From the NCBI GenBank assembly GCA_000002435.2, contig CM018792.1: DNA of 64,000 nt; one strand, 5' to 3'. Below, one piece after another: positions 51,695 to 63,900 of this stretch. Every line of letters starts with the position of its first letter. The stretch's first letter is position 1. The translations under genes were made by a program, and so were the position numbers. Source of the DNA: Giardia intestinalis. Taxonomy: Eukaryota. The notes beneath the pieces are model-generated. The model made no database searches and had not been told where the DNA came from. It saw only the letters and a list, made by a program, of their open reading frames with translations.

Positions 51695-54600
51695 CTAGTG
51701 ATCGCTCTTTTCGGCTGTTAGGTCTATATCTTCCAGTTCGAGGGCTTTATTGACAACAGTGAGACCTGCTTCAGCAGCATGCGCGGCGTACAGATCAGCG
51801 GCCAAGTAATTTTCGGGGTCTATGCCTTCATTGCACATATCCTTAATAATACTAACTATTCTTGCTTTCTCTCCTCTGACCCCGTGGAACTCAGCCAACA
51901 GCCCCATGATATCCCCTGGCTTAACATAGCAGTTCTCCATTTTCCGCACTGCAGTCAGAAGCTTTGAGGAATTTGTTGTGAGCGTTTCAGAACTATCATG
52001 CGCTTGGGACGTGTCTCGGGCAAAGTCACACAGCTGTAAAAATGCATGTATTAACTTTCCATTCTGCTCATATGCTTGGAGGGTCTTCTTGAGAGAGGCT
52101 ACTTTGGCTGCCCTGGCTGTTGCAACCTTTTCGCTCTCTTTACTAGAAGCGTTTTGCTCAACGTAGTCGATTGCTACCTTTTGTCTATTCATGGCCTCGA
52201 TGATCGCCTGCTTAGCCTTTACATAATCATGGTATTCTGAGATTTCTTCCGCGGCACAGTTAGCAAAGAACTTCGCGATATTCTCTAGAGAGTTTGCTTT
52301 CTCATAAAAACTTATAATCGCCTTCATGTAGGTTGGATTGGACCGCCAGTCTAGTGTCTGAAGAAAATTTGACGCAGCAATATAGACCTGCTTTTGTCGC
52401 GCCATGTTTGCAAACTTAATCACCTTCATCGGATCACCTTGCTTTATCAGTGAATTTATGGCTAGCGTGTGATTTTGAGCGAGAATGAACTTTTTGACAG
52501 CTGATTGATAAAGGCCCGCTTTGTGCAGGAGCTTCCCAAGCGTCTCAGTGACTCTGACCGCCTCTTCATCGTGTTCTATACTAGCGGGTGTGAGAATGTC
52601 TGCTATCCGCTCTGAGATTTGGATCTTGCCATCTAGTATGGCCTGTAGCGCATCTTGGTATGCAGAAGCCTTTGCCAAAGCAATAACGGCTGTGCGAATA
52701 AAGCTGTTATAGTCGTTCAGCGAATAGTCTTCCGGAGACACGTCCAAGAGCGCCCTACCGGCACGCAGCAGTAAGTCTGAACTGATCCCTTGAAGTACAT
52801 CACCTGTGCCCTGAGTCGTGGTGCTCTGTTCTTGGAGAACCACGTCATCATCTAGCTCACGATCAAGAGACTTTGAGGGCTCGGATAATATATCAGCTAA
52901 AAGATTAGAGAGTTCTTTCATGCGGTTACTTTTAATGCAGAGCTCCAGGCTTTGAGCTCCAAGCCCCGCAGATTTGTATAGAACCAGCGCGTGTTCTATA
53001 GTCGCCTGGAGCTCATCACAAAAGTCCTCCGAGACGTTGTCTCTTCCTTTTTCGCTAATGGTGATCAGTCCACTCTTGTACTTATTAGAAAAGTAAGTTG
53101 CAGCCACTAGGCTGAGTCTCTGACTCTGTGAGGTAGTACCTATGTTGTAAATAAGCTCATCATCCTCACACTTGAGTGCACAGGCCAAGGCGTGTGTGAA
53201 TGCGCTACACCGCTTGTAAAGTCTAGCTGCCTCTAGCCACAAGGTCTGCTGATCAAGCTCGTCCTTCATTTTGCCAGGTATATCCGACTTCACATCTCTA
53301 CTTTTGGCCTCGGATTCTATCATGCGTGCGGCCACGTATAGAAACTGAGGATCGGTCCCCTTCTTAGCTAGAGTCAGGCATGCAGCAACCCCCTTTTTCT
53401 TATACTCGTCGTTGAGGAATTGAACGCTCTCATTTTGCTGCAAAAGCTGTTGTGGATTTGCGTTTAGGCTGTCTATCTCCCCCTGCGCGGCCACAGGTGC
53501 CTTGTAGACTTCTGAGTAACAAATCTTTGAGCTCTCGAGGTCGTTGAGGTGGATCAATCTATTAGCAAGAGATAAGATAGATGACTTTTTAGCCAGAGAC
53601 GTCAATCCTCCGGTCTGTTGCAGAGAACTATGCGCCCCGTCGCTCATCAGATACCTTATTGATAGCCCTATGTCATTCATCACCCCAGATAACAGAAGAG
53701 GTTTCCCTTGCAATCTATCTAAACCCTGGGCAGAGGCCCCAAGAGCAATGCTTAGCAGGGCCAAAAGCAACTCATCCTGCGGAGCAAGTTTGGTTTTCAA
53801 CTGATCCTGGCCTGTGTCAGCTGCATCCGAACGCTTGCGATTTGTAACTAGGCGCATCAGAAGGGACAATATGGGAGACTTGAGGTGCGTCGTGCATGTC
53901 TTTAGAAGATCAACATAGCCATTCTGGATGCACAGTGTCGCTAAGGAGCGCCAAACGTGAAGGTTCTCACTAACCAATACGTGGGAATACGCCTCTGCAA
54001 GCTGACCGTTACTACTGCAAATGGTGAATTTGTTAAGTGCATACGTCGCAGTGCACGATTGCTGAAAGCCAGTTTTCTTACTGCTTCCCAGAGCTGTTAA
54101 GTTCTTGATTGTTAAACGGTCAGAATTAATGGAGACAAAGTTAGAAGTGCGTGGTTTTTCCGACTTTCCACTACGCTCAGAAAAAACGAAAGCTGGAGAT
54201 AAAAGGGTCAACATGGTCGAGGACAATGGTTGCATAAGTGTCTCTAACTTTGAATTGACATAGGGAGCAAAGACACCTTGTATTGAAAGGAAGATTTTGT
54301 CGTTAAAGTCAAGCCAGCTCCCTTTAATGCGGTCATTCATGGAAATAGTGGTCTCAGCAAGTGATTGGACTAGCAATGGGACCTTAGCCCGCTGCTCAGA
54401 GGAGATGTATATGCTTTGGAGTAGAGAGATCTGGTCCTCATATTTCTCTTGCTGAAAGACAAGATCGGCATTTCTTTGGGATCCTTTCTCTTTAGAGTCC
54501 AACCAGCTGAGATAAGCGGAGAGATTCTTGGAGCTTAGCGCCCGCTTTGTGAAAGTGCCTGTTTTTAGTGCGAAAAGCATGCTCGAGCCGACAAAGAGGA

Positions 54601-57484
54601 GATTCAGGGAGGTCGATAGCACTAGCTCGAGACCAATATTTCCAAAGCAATCAGGTATGGCATTAGTGACGGTGTACGGTGCCATGTCAAAGATGCGCGA
54701 CTTGAGGACAGCAGAGCCTCCATCGGATCCAGTCGTAGGCCGGCTCCCAACCTTCTCAGTGGGCTGTGAAGGCGTAGCTGTCAACCCCGCACTTATCATC
54801 TCCCCAAGTATCTTTGTGTCTATTGACAATGCAACTACGTATGGCAGCAAACATGGAAGGCCTGTGACCACATTGTACCCCTTAAACACTACAGTGAATA
54901 GCACGTGGTGAGCGTTATCTAGAGTGATCGTCGCATTACATGACTGCACACAGATAGTGTCCAGGGGAATGAGAGTAGGCAAGGTTGTATACACTGAGAT
55001 AACGTTTTGTTCTTTCCTCTCCTGCTTTATGCGATCATGTAGCTGTTGGTTAATTTGCATCGTGTTCTCCACTAGCAGTAAATCCTTGATCTTTTCCTCC
55101 CTGGTCTGACGCTGGGGACTCTCTTCTGCCTCTACCGCAGGTGAACCGGTATCAGGAGTAGATAGATGGATATCATCCAGGTCTTCTTCTTCTAGGTAGG
55201 CACAGTATATGTTTGTATTAAACATCAACTGCCCTATATCCGTTATCTTCACTACTGAATTAAAGGTCTTACAATCGGTGTAGAAAAGAGATAAATTGTT
55301 ATTGATCATAAAAAGGTGCTGGTTAACGAGAGTCATGCGTGCAATACGTTCGACAGTGGCTCCGTGAGTTGGGTCATCACTAAGGACCAGTGATCCTGCC
55401 TTGCTCCCCGTAATACTATACTTGACTATCTCAACCTTGAGATAATCCGACTCCAGATCCGCACGAGAGTTTTGGGAAGCAAGGATGTACCTCCCATAAA
55501 GAACACAGTCGGCGACATAGGTGTATCGCTCATCCAGTTTAAAGGACCCCGCCAGGTGAGGCACCTTTCCAATGGCAACCTCAAAAACGGTAAACACGTT
55601 ATCCCCAAAAGCCAAGACAAATCCAGATAAATTGTCTGAAGAAACTGATGTAAGAGGATTTGTCAGAATAGAAATCTTTTTAATAGGATGCTTTATTTCC
55701 AGAGTATGCTCTTGCAAGAGATTGGCGTTTGTGTTGACACTGACCTTAATTATTCTAGCTCCTATTAAGACTGCGCTGATGAAGCTGTTCCTGCTGTCAG
55801 TGAACTTTTGATCCAAAAACTTCATGTGTGTCAAACCCTCTCCGGTTAAATCCTGAGCCATGATGGCGCTGTTAGTGTTATTGGCATAGGCTACCTGCAT
55901 ATCCTTCGGTTCAAAAGAGAATAGCAATAGAGAGACGAACTTACCTCTGGACGAGATAATTTCTGCACTAAACGAATCAATGGTTGCGTCATCCACACCC
56001 TCTGGAGTGGAAGCTGTTTCTGGGGAGAATCCAGGCGGCAAGTTGATCGGCTTGCCACCCTCGTCGTGAAAGATAGGAAGCATCTTGTTAGAGACGACGT
56101 TCCTATTAGTAATGGAGTAGTTTGTTATCATGGTCTGTGAGAAGCTATTGTCCCCTACAACGATCTGACTCATGTAGATATTCGCATAGCTGCATCTAGG
56201 GTTTTCTGCGTGAAGGAAGTGTTGCTCAGTTACGATAAACTCATCGCTTCCAGGGCGTATTCTAGGACCAGAACTTGGACCATTAGAATCCTGTACCCTT
56301 GCAAATCTCATATCGTTGGCATGAAGATAATGATCAGAGGCAGCAAGAATATGCATCCCTTCATTACCGTTAGAGTCACAAGAGCCTGTGCTGCGGTGGC
56401 AAGATACAACTGCATAGCCATTCTTGCCCCGCAAGGGTATCAGTATGCCATAGTCCCTGATCACTGCCAATCCACCGTTGACGCCGACAAAGTTTTCAAT
56501 GTGATCCTCCAGGTCAATGTATGCAACTTCCTGAGTCAGCAAACTGAGGACACGGAGCTGGCCATCGGAGGGGGCCATATATGCAATCTTAGTGGCGGGA
56601 AGCTGAACAATCCCATTCTCTCTTTTATACTCTATCTTATATTTTGCTAGAATATCTTTATATGCGCCGACAGCAAGGGTTTTGAAGCCAAACAGAAACA
56701 TATCGCCAGATGTAGAAATAGCACAGCAGGTGTCGCTACAGCTCCAGTAATATAACTTATAGAGTAGGGCATGTCCAGCTGACAGATTCACCGTCCCTAT
56801 ATGTCGAATAACTCCGTTGTCTGTAAGGACTGCTACATCCCCCTTAGACCACATAACAATGAACTCACATAACCCGACTCCAGCGTAGTTGGAAACATCA
56901 ATGGGGTGATCGCTGTGCTCCTGGTCAATACTATATATTATATTGTCAGTGCAACACGTGCGTTCAACAATATCAACTACATGACCTGATTTTCTAGTTT
57001 TTGTAATAGACTCGAAGGAGTAGGTGTCTGTCGAGAACTTGTAGAGGATAACTTGGCCGGAGACATCACAGGTGACCAATATTCGACCGTGTGAAAGCCA
57101 TTTGATGAGACAAAGCTCCTCCTGGTGAAGTTCCGTCTTATAGCTGGGGTCAGAATCAGTCGGAAACCAGATAGAAAATGAGGCATCTTTAAATCCGACA
57201 ACCACTAAATTCTCTACAAAGGGATGGCAAGCAAGTGCAGTAATAGGAACCTGAACTTGTCCTTCATCTGTGGTAATCACTTTCCTAAGAATATCCACTG
57301 GAAGCTGATTTGCCATAGATGTCTTGGAAGCCAGAACAAGTGCATTGTTATCGTTAGGGTATAGGACTGCCAAAGAGCCGTCTGACAGCAAAGCAAAGAC
57401 GGTCTGAGAACTTACTTGAGTATAAAGTTGGACAACACAGAGTGTTGGATCTTCAAGAATGACATCAATTGTAATTTGAATCAT
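51695..57484 (-). CDS. IFT140: Intraflagellar transport protein 140 (IFT-A complex) homolog: N-terminal WD40 β-propellers plus C-terminal TPR/α-solenoid (1929 aa)
   Basis: ATG confirmed (MIQITIDV...). The WD-like N-terminus reads …LACHPFVENLVVVGFKDASFSIWF… and …GRILVTCDVSGQVILYKF…. The C-terminal third is collinear with human IFT140: YIAASNFLQTLDWRSNPTYMKAIISFYEKANSLENIAKFFANCAAEEISEYHDYVKAKQAIIEA ≈ [64 protein letters not shown]. It also shares the WD + TPR architecture. Confidence 0.65.
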   Translation of the reverse strand: MIQITIDVILEDPTLCVVQLYTQVSSQTVFALLSDGSLAVLYPNDNNALVLASKTSMANQLPVDILRKVITTDEGQVQVPITALACHPFVENLVVVGFKDASFSIWFPTDSDPSYKTELHQEELCLIKWLSHGRILVTCDVSGQVILYKFSTDTYSFESITKTRKSGHVVDIVERTCCTDNIIYSIDQEHSDHPIDVSNYAGVGLCEFIVMWSKGDVAVLTDNGVIRHIGTVNLSAGHALLYKLYYWSCSDTCCAISTSGDMFLFGFKTLAVGAYKDILAKYKIEYKRENGIVQLPATKIAYMAPSDGQLRVLSLLTQEVAYIDLEDHIENFVGVNGGLAVIRDYGILIPLRGKNGYAVVSCHRSTGSCDSNGNEGMHILAASDHYLHANDMRFARVQDSNGPSSGPRIRPGSDEFIVTEQHFLHAENPRCSYANIYMSQIVVGDNSFSQTMITNYSITNRNVVSNKMLPIFHDEGGKPINLPPGFSPETASTPEGVDDATIDSFSAEIISSRGKFVSLLLFSFEPKDMQVAYANNTNSAIMAQDLTGEGLTHMKFLDQKFTDSRNSFISAVLIGARIIKVSVNTNANLLQEHTLEIKHPIKKISILTNPLTSVSSDNLSGFVLAFGDNVFTVFEVAIGKVPHLAGSFKLDERYTYVADCVLYGRYILASQNSRADLESDYLKVEIVKYSITGSKAGSLVLSDDPTHGATVERIARMTLVNQHLFMINNNLSLFYTDCKTFNSVVKITDIGQLMFNTNIYCAYLEEEDLDDIHLSTPDTGSPAVEAEESPQRQTREEKIKDLLLVENTMQINQQLHDRIKQERKEQNVISVYTTLPTLIPLDTICVQSCNATITLDNAHHVLFTVVFKGYNVVTGLPCLLPYVVALSIDTKILGEMISAGLTATPSQPTEKVGSRPTTGSDGGSAVLKSRIFDMAPYTVTNAIPDCFGNIGLELVLSTSLNLLFVGSSMLFALKTGTFTKRALSSKNLSAYLSWLDSKEKGSQRNADLVFQQEKYEDQISLLQSIYISSEQRAKVPLLVQSLAETTISMNDRIKGSWLDFNDKIFLSIQGVFAPYVNSKLETLMQPLSSTMLTLLSPAFVFSERSGKSEKPRTSNFVSINSDRLTIKNLTALGSSKKTGFQQSCTATYALNKFTICSSNGQLAEAYSHVLVSENLHVWRSLATLCIQNGYVDLLKTCTTHLKSPILSLLMRLVTNRKRSDAADTGQDQLKTKLAPQDELLLALLSIALGASAQGLDRLQGKPLLLSGVMNDIGLSIRYLMSDGAHSSLQQTGGLTSLAKKSSILSLANRLIHLNDLESSKICYSEVYKAPVAAQGEIDSLNANPQQLLQQNESVQFLNDEYKKKGVAACLTLAKKGTDPQFLYVAARMIESEAKSRDVKSDIPGKMKDELDQQTLWLEAARLYKRCSAFTHALACALKCEDDELIYNIGTTSQSQRLSLVAATYFSNKYKSGLITISEKGRDNVSEDFCDELQATIEHALVLYKSAGLGAQSLELCIKSNRMKELSNLLADILSEPSKSLDRELDDDVVLQEQSTTTQGTGDVLQGISSDLLLRAGRALLDVSPEDYSLNDYNSFIRTAVIALAKASAYQDALQAILDGKIQISERIADILTPASIEHDEEAVRVTETLGKLLHKAGLYQSAVKKFILAQNHTLAINSLIKQGDPMKVIKFANMARQKQVYIAASNFLQTLDWRSNPTYMKAIISFYEKANSLENIAKFFANCAAEEISEYHDYVKAKQAIIEAMNRQKVAIDYVEQNASSKESEKVATARAAKVASLKKTLQAYEQNGKLIHAFLQLCDFARDTSQAHDSSETLTTNSSKLLTAVRKMENCYVKPGDIMGLLAEFHGVRGEKARIVSIIKDMCNEGIDPENYLAADLYAAHAAEAGLTVVNKALELEDIDLTAEKSDH

Positions 57485-57987
57485 TGGTCGAGATGGTCTA
57501 TGATGTTTTTAATTTCTACAATTTGACAATGCAATTGGAGTCCTTGTAGCTATTTAGTGACTTTAGTGACAAATACTGAGGCTTTATGACAAGATAGAGG
57601 CCGCCAAAATCGTCAAGCATAAGCCTACCTCAACACTCTCAGTTGCTACATTGAATTCCCCATGGAAAATTGATAGGTTATAGCCATATCACCTTATCTG
57701 CTACTATAATAGTTGATGTATACTCAAATTTTTGCTAGATTAAAAGTACCGGGCTATTGATAACAACCTTCGCAATTGGTTAAGCTGATTTATTTACAAA
57801 GAATTCCTGATTTCCTCATTTCAACAGCCTTTAGTAAATTTGCGTGCTTTGCGATACCAGAGCAATTACTCCCAGATTACTCATTGTCATGGACTGCATG
57901 TCTGGGTTTGCGGCTTTAAATGCACAGTTTGAATGGATAAACTTAAAGGACAACTTATGCCTTTGAATTAATTTGGTGGAGATACCT
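57485..57987. promoter_or_regulatory. ~0.5-kb AT-rich divergent intergenic region between IFT140 (−) and the ABC transporter (+)
   Basis: No ORF. The sequence is AT-rich (…ctataatagttgatgtatactcaaatttttgctagattaaaag…). Confidence 0.35.
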
Positions 57988-60900
57988 ATGCTCCCAGTGC
58001 TCCGGCTGTATCTCAAGACGGCCAGGGCCCATCTTTATCTCTACATCTGCATGATTGTCATGCCGGTCGTTGTGATGGCCGCTGTCGCCCTCTTCTTCTC
58101 GTTCGAGGATAGACTGCAAAGCCCTAGCAGCGGCCTAGGCGAAGGGACTCTCCCGCGCCTCCCGTTGTGCAGGGACCTGCCTGGTTGCACGAGCCAGACC
58201 GTGTACCTTGCATTCTCCCCCGACACGATCGAAGCGCGCCGGGTCGTTGACAGACTCGCCCAACAGAACGGATTAGAGTCGGAGCGGATTGTTGCTGTAA
58301 AGGACCGCGCAACAATGCAGAGGCTTGTGGCCGGGAAGAATCTCGGCCCGAGCTTTGTCGATGACGTGATTGCGGCCAACCTGGGAGAGACGGTGCGGAG
58401 GCACCTCCTAGGCGCCGATGGCTCCCTCGCTTCGATCCTCACCCCGCGGGGGGTCCTTGCAGACAGGGGCGTCGTTGCAGAGATGCTTGACACAGCGTAT
58501 GGGCTTGATGACAGAACCCTGGATGCGTTCGATGACGAGTGGGCCGCGAGCATGGGACCGGCCGACAGCGTCTTCCTCGCGCTCGACCTAAACATCTCAA
58601 ACCGGGAAGCGTCAGACATCCCGCAGGCCGTCCAGTACTCGCTCTGGTACAGCCAGGAGATGATGACCTGGTACGCTGTCAAACACCCTAGTCCACGGAC
58701 AAGGTCCTCAACGCCTAACTCGTACGCCATGTCGTATGTGTGGAGCCCGGTGTCCTTCAGCATTTTCGAGGCGATTCACAACGCCCTGACGGGGACCTTT
58801 ATTGGCAAAACCATTTCGTACAGCCTGGGAGAGTATCCGTCGCAAGGCTCTACCACCACCCTTGCCGGGATGCAGGCGTACATGATTCTCCAGCTTTCTA
58901 TCTTCCTCGAGTGCATCCTGACCCTCATCTTCGCAGCGCATTTCCGCGGGCCCTTTCAGACCACGCTCCGCCGATTGGGTGTCTCGGAGTTCTGCATGTA
59001 CGGGCTCACGTTCGGCACACTTTTGATCGCCAACCTCTTGGCATACGGACTTCTCTTCGGTGCTGGCTCGCTCTTCAAGCTGTTCCCCTTCTCGAACTAC
59101 ACCCCTTCTCTTAACGCCCTTGTCAGCATCACCTTCGCCCTCATCACCACCGCCTCCGTGCTGCTCCTGCACATGTTCTTCTACAACACGTCGGTGGCAA
59201 TTGCCTTTGGGACGGTGGCCCTGATTCTGCTCGTGGCGTTCCCCTTCCTGATCCTCCTCGAGCAACCAGACTACCCCACGATCTGGACACAATTTGCTAT
59301 TCCAACCTGGCTGACAAAGGTCTTCTACGTCCTGTTTCCCCCCTTGGGGCTCGTCGCCATCTGCGACATGATGATAACGTTGAGACCGGAGCGTATGTCG
59401 ACTCTCCTTGTTGGACAGAGCGCCAGCATGTACGGCCTTGAGCTCCTGTTTAATGACATAGATGGATATCATTCAAAGCACTTTTCGTGTCTAGGTACAA
59501 TGGTTGCTAGTATATCTGAGTGTACTTTTCAGCTTCCTTACCTTGGATCTCTTGTCGTCATGTCCCTGATCCAGAGCACCCTAGCTCTTCCGCTGCTAAC
59601 TCTGGTTCTCCTCTTCTGCAAGCACGAGCCGGGCTCGCAAGGACTTCCCCTCGGCTTCCTCTGTAGCCGCAAGTTCTACCGTACAAGGTGCCCCAAGGAC
59701 AATCCAGAGTTCCCCTTTCTGTCTGTCTCAGGGCTTCGGAAGACATACCGTAAGGCAAAGAGATGCACGGTCGTCAAGGAGGAGGCGCTGTGCGGGCTGG
59801 ACTTGCACCTTGAGCAGGGAGAGGTCACGGGCCTCGTCGCGACAAGCGGCGGGGGAAAGTCCACAGCCCTGGGGATCATGGCTGGCGAACTGGCGCCCTC
59901 CGGCGGGCAGTGCGCAGGGCTCGGGCACGATCTCCTCTGTCCGTACACCGCACGGTCCCTGCGGGGGTTCATCTCGCTCTGTCCCCAGGAGTGGAACAAC
60001 CTCTGGATCAACCTCACCGTTAGGGAGAACGTTCTTCTGTGCGCAGAGATCCGGGCCAGGGTCACGGGCCGCCTCGGCGAGCTCCAGCACAGAAGCGGGT
60101 CTCTCGACGGATACGTCGACGAACTCCTGAAGCGCCTCGGGTTGCACGACCACGCGCACAAGCAGGCGTCTGCCCTGTCTGGGGGGATGCTTCGTCGCCT
60201 GGCCCTTGCAAACGCAACGGCGGGAGGTCCGCGGCTGATACTTCTCGACGAGATTACGGTGGGCGTGGATCCGATCCTGAAGCGCCAGATCTGGGCGTAC
60301 GTTCGCGCACTGGTCACAGAGGGCGCCGCAGCAGTCCTGTCCTCCCACGACGCCAACGAGATAGCAGAGCTAGCCACTCGCGTTGTCGTGCTCAAGGCCG
60401 GTCGGACGCAGGCCGATGCCCCTGTCGTGCAACTCCTTGAGGAGCATGGAGACTACGTGGTTTCAGTGACATCGGAAAGCCGCGACGCCATTTCACGAGT
60501 AGCGCTGCTGCTCTCGACGGAGCTAGGGACTCTGCTCGGAGTTGGCGCTAAAGAGCTAAGTGTTACAATGGACCCACGGCGCGCCAGCATATCCATCCCT
60601 GCAACACTAGTCCCAGATGCACATACTCTGACGAGTCTGATACAGCACTGCCGCGCCTTCGAGAAACGAGAGGGCGTCCAGGTTGCCGTCTCACGGGCCC
60701 GGCTGGAGGATGTCTTTGAGCACCTGCTGGATGGCGAAGACGACGCGCAGCCGGAGCCTCTGCGCTCAGTAACTCTGGACGAGGACAGAAAGCCCTCCGT
60801 GACGCGCCACCTGCTGCTCCTCTTCCTCTCCCTGGACCTTCAAGAGCACTGCAGAAGCTTTGTTTCCATACTTGCTGCACTGACCGCCCTGTTTGTGCTA

Positions 60901-63900
60901 ATTTGGATGGGGGTCCATTATACTCTTACTAGCGTCAAAAGTGCTATTGAGTTGGTAGAGGCAGCGCAACTTACTGAGTGGTCTCTGTCGTGCCTTGCTG
61001 ACTGCATCAACGCCAATCCCGGTGCAGACCCTTTGTTGACAGACGCCAATGTCACAACTGAAAACGTAAGCGAGTTTTTGAAGGCCAACCCAGGAATCGA
61101 TGCCCTTCAGGTCATGGAGCGCTGCCTGGTGAAGCGTCCTCGGCGACTCTTCGAGCCAATGCTTCAGTATCCAGACGGATTCTCCGCTTGTCTTAGCTAC
61201 ATGAATCACTTGGGCCTTGACACATATCGCTACGATTACTTGACCGTTGGAGATCGTCAGACAGGATCCCTGGGAACCAACGAGACGCAGTTCAATTGGT
61301 ACTACATTGGCGTAGTAGGTGACGCCTCGAAGGTCGAGACCTCAGACAGCGTATCATTGAGTCTGTCTTTGGACGACCCCCTTATAGCAAGCTCTCCAAC
61401 GGGAGGGCTTGACTATTATGTCGCAAACGAACCCCAGCAGATCTCTTTCTCTCCCCAGAACTTTGGGGATGTGTGGAGGAGGGGCGTGGAGGCAGGCCTC
61501 AGACACCCCTTGGACTCCGATGACCTGTTCTCGCTTGTGGCCCCCCGCATGACTGTACCTCAGTATCTTCGCAGTGACACATCTCCGCCCCCGAAGGATA
61601 CAGAGAATCGCACACTTCTGCTTGAGGAGACAATTCTTCGCCAACCCACGGCAAGTGACTTCTTCGAGGGGATTACGTCCACAATTGGCAGCACATTTAC
61701 CAAGCCAGACTGCTTCGATTCACAGCCGGCTGTACAAGCACGTGTGGTTCGCAGGGTGTTCAGAAGCATCCCTGCGGTTATCTTTCAACCAGGCCAGCAC
61801 GAGGCAGGCAGTGCGTTGCTTCTTAAGATGTATGCTATGCTTCCTCCTCTCGGGCCACAAGGCAAGGCCTATCGTGATTGGGTCATTACCTTTACTCCAT
61901 CGAAAGAGCGGGTCGATACGCCAGCATCTACCTCGAAATATTTCATCCCCACTTTATTTCAATATCTGTACAAATATGCTAACGGTGCCATTGATATCAC
62001 GAAAACCGATCGTGTCAGGTTCACATTCACGACGATTGGGGCGGATGCGATGGCCAAGATGACCGGCGCTCTCTTCCGTCAGCACCTCATAGAGTCTCTT
62101 CGGGACACGCTCGGCGTAGAGGAGGCGTGGCGCCAAGGGACAGAATTCACCTATGACGGGTCCGTGATGAGTATCCCTAGACGATATCTGAACAGAGATC
62201 TCATATTCGAAACTCCGGGGGCAGCTCTGCAATCGATGGAGATAATGAGTGACTACTACTTAGTGTTCCTCTTGTTGCTAGGAAGCGTTATTGTAGCTGG
62301 CCGCGCTGCCCGGGAGTTTCAGCAGCGCACCGTGACCCTTCTTCACCTCCACGGGGCCTCTGAAATGCGCGTTGTCATGGTTCTTATCCTGTACTTCAGC
62401 ATCTGGACCATCATCCCCACAATACTGATTGCAGCGGCCTTGACAGCACTCTTTAAGGACGCCTTCTTCATCCACGGTCCTGCAGTGGCCGCTGTCGCAT
62501 ATACCTGCCTGGGAATGATAGCTCTTTCCAGCGTGTTCAATGCAGTCCTAGTGGCCGTGCTCCTTCGCTCTCAGCAGAACGCCATGCTGACCGTGGTTCT
62601 CCAGATCCTCATCGCTGTCTTTGTCTCCGGCTCTCTCAGGGCCGAGGGAGCAGTGGCCGCCGTCCTGGGCCTTCTGGCTCCTGGTGTGGGGTACATGCCC
62701 GTGCTGCGAAACGCCATAGGACTTAGCCGCATTAGCTGGGGATCCCTTGCCCTCTCGTTTCTGATATCGCTGCTAGAGGTCTTTGCCTCGCTTGGCGTGC
62801 TGCTGCTCAGGAAGATTCGGGTCCGCCAGAGGATCAAAGACAGGACCCCTGACGGATCAGATTCAGAGGAGTCTGGACTGCTGAGCGGGCTGTCAGAAAC
62901 AACTTCCATGACCAGCCTCAATTTGGAGAGGAAGGATGCACCTCCCAGACACCCTGACAACCACCTCAGCGTGCAGGGGATCTCGCACAGCTATCGCAAG
63001 GGCGCCCACGCGCTCGACAACGCCTCGTTTTCGGTGCCGGCGGGGAGCATCTTCGCCCTGCTCGGCGCCAACGGGGCCGGGAAGTCTACGATGATGCACG
63101 CCCTGACCGGAGTCCTGAGGCCGACTGCTGGAAGCGCTCTCTGCGTGCGTAACGAGGCCGACAGCAGATGGGTTGACCTCTTCCGGCGGGTCCACCACAG
63201 CCGGTACATCACAGTTGTTCCCCAGCACGACCTTTACTGGCCGCAGCTCACGGTCCGCGACCACGTGAAGATCATCCGAGGGCTCACGCCCAGGGCACTT
63301 CGGCCAAACATCAAGTCGACGGACCACGTGCTCCGCCTGGTGGGGCTGGCCGAGCACGCCGACAAGAGGGCCAGTGCGCTCTCGGGCGGGATGCGGCGGC
63401 GCCTCACGCTCGCGATGGTCCTAGTCTCGTCTCCCTCGCTCATTTGCCTCGACGAGGCGACGACGGGCTTCTCGGGGCGCCTGAGGAAGCGGGTCTGGGA
63501 CGCCATTCTTGCCAGCAAGGGCGCCAACAAGACGCTCATCGTCACGAGCCACGACATGGCCGAGGTGGAGGCCCTGGCAGACACATGCTGCGTCCTCCGG
63601 AAGGGCCGGGTCATCGCCAGCGGGTCTGTCGATGATCTCTGTGCACAGAGTCGCGTGGCCTACACGCTCACTGTCGCGTGCGGATCATTGAAGGCATTCG
63701 ACACCTACCTTGCTGGCCCCCACAAGTGCGCCTGTGAATTCTCTGGTGGGCTGCTTGCAGACGCCGAAGTCAACAGCGTTGCACGGCTAGTCAAGTACAG
63801 GATCCCTCAAGGTGTGGACCTCGAGACGGCCATCTCCTCTCTGTCCTCGGTCGGGTGCCTAACGCACGCCTGGGCACTGACGCATGCACGCCTGGAAGAG

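Noticed and set aside
22092-57973. Track start codons at 22092, 29883, 33021, 37524, 41490 and 57973
   Set aside because: By direct reading these are GTG or TTG; the ORF finder appears to use a bacterial start table. Giardia initiates at AUG, so I moved those starts to the first in-frame ATG (or, for 29883, treated the ORF as a 5'-truncated fragment).
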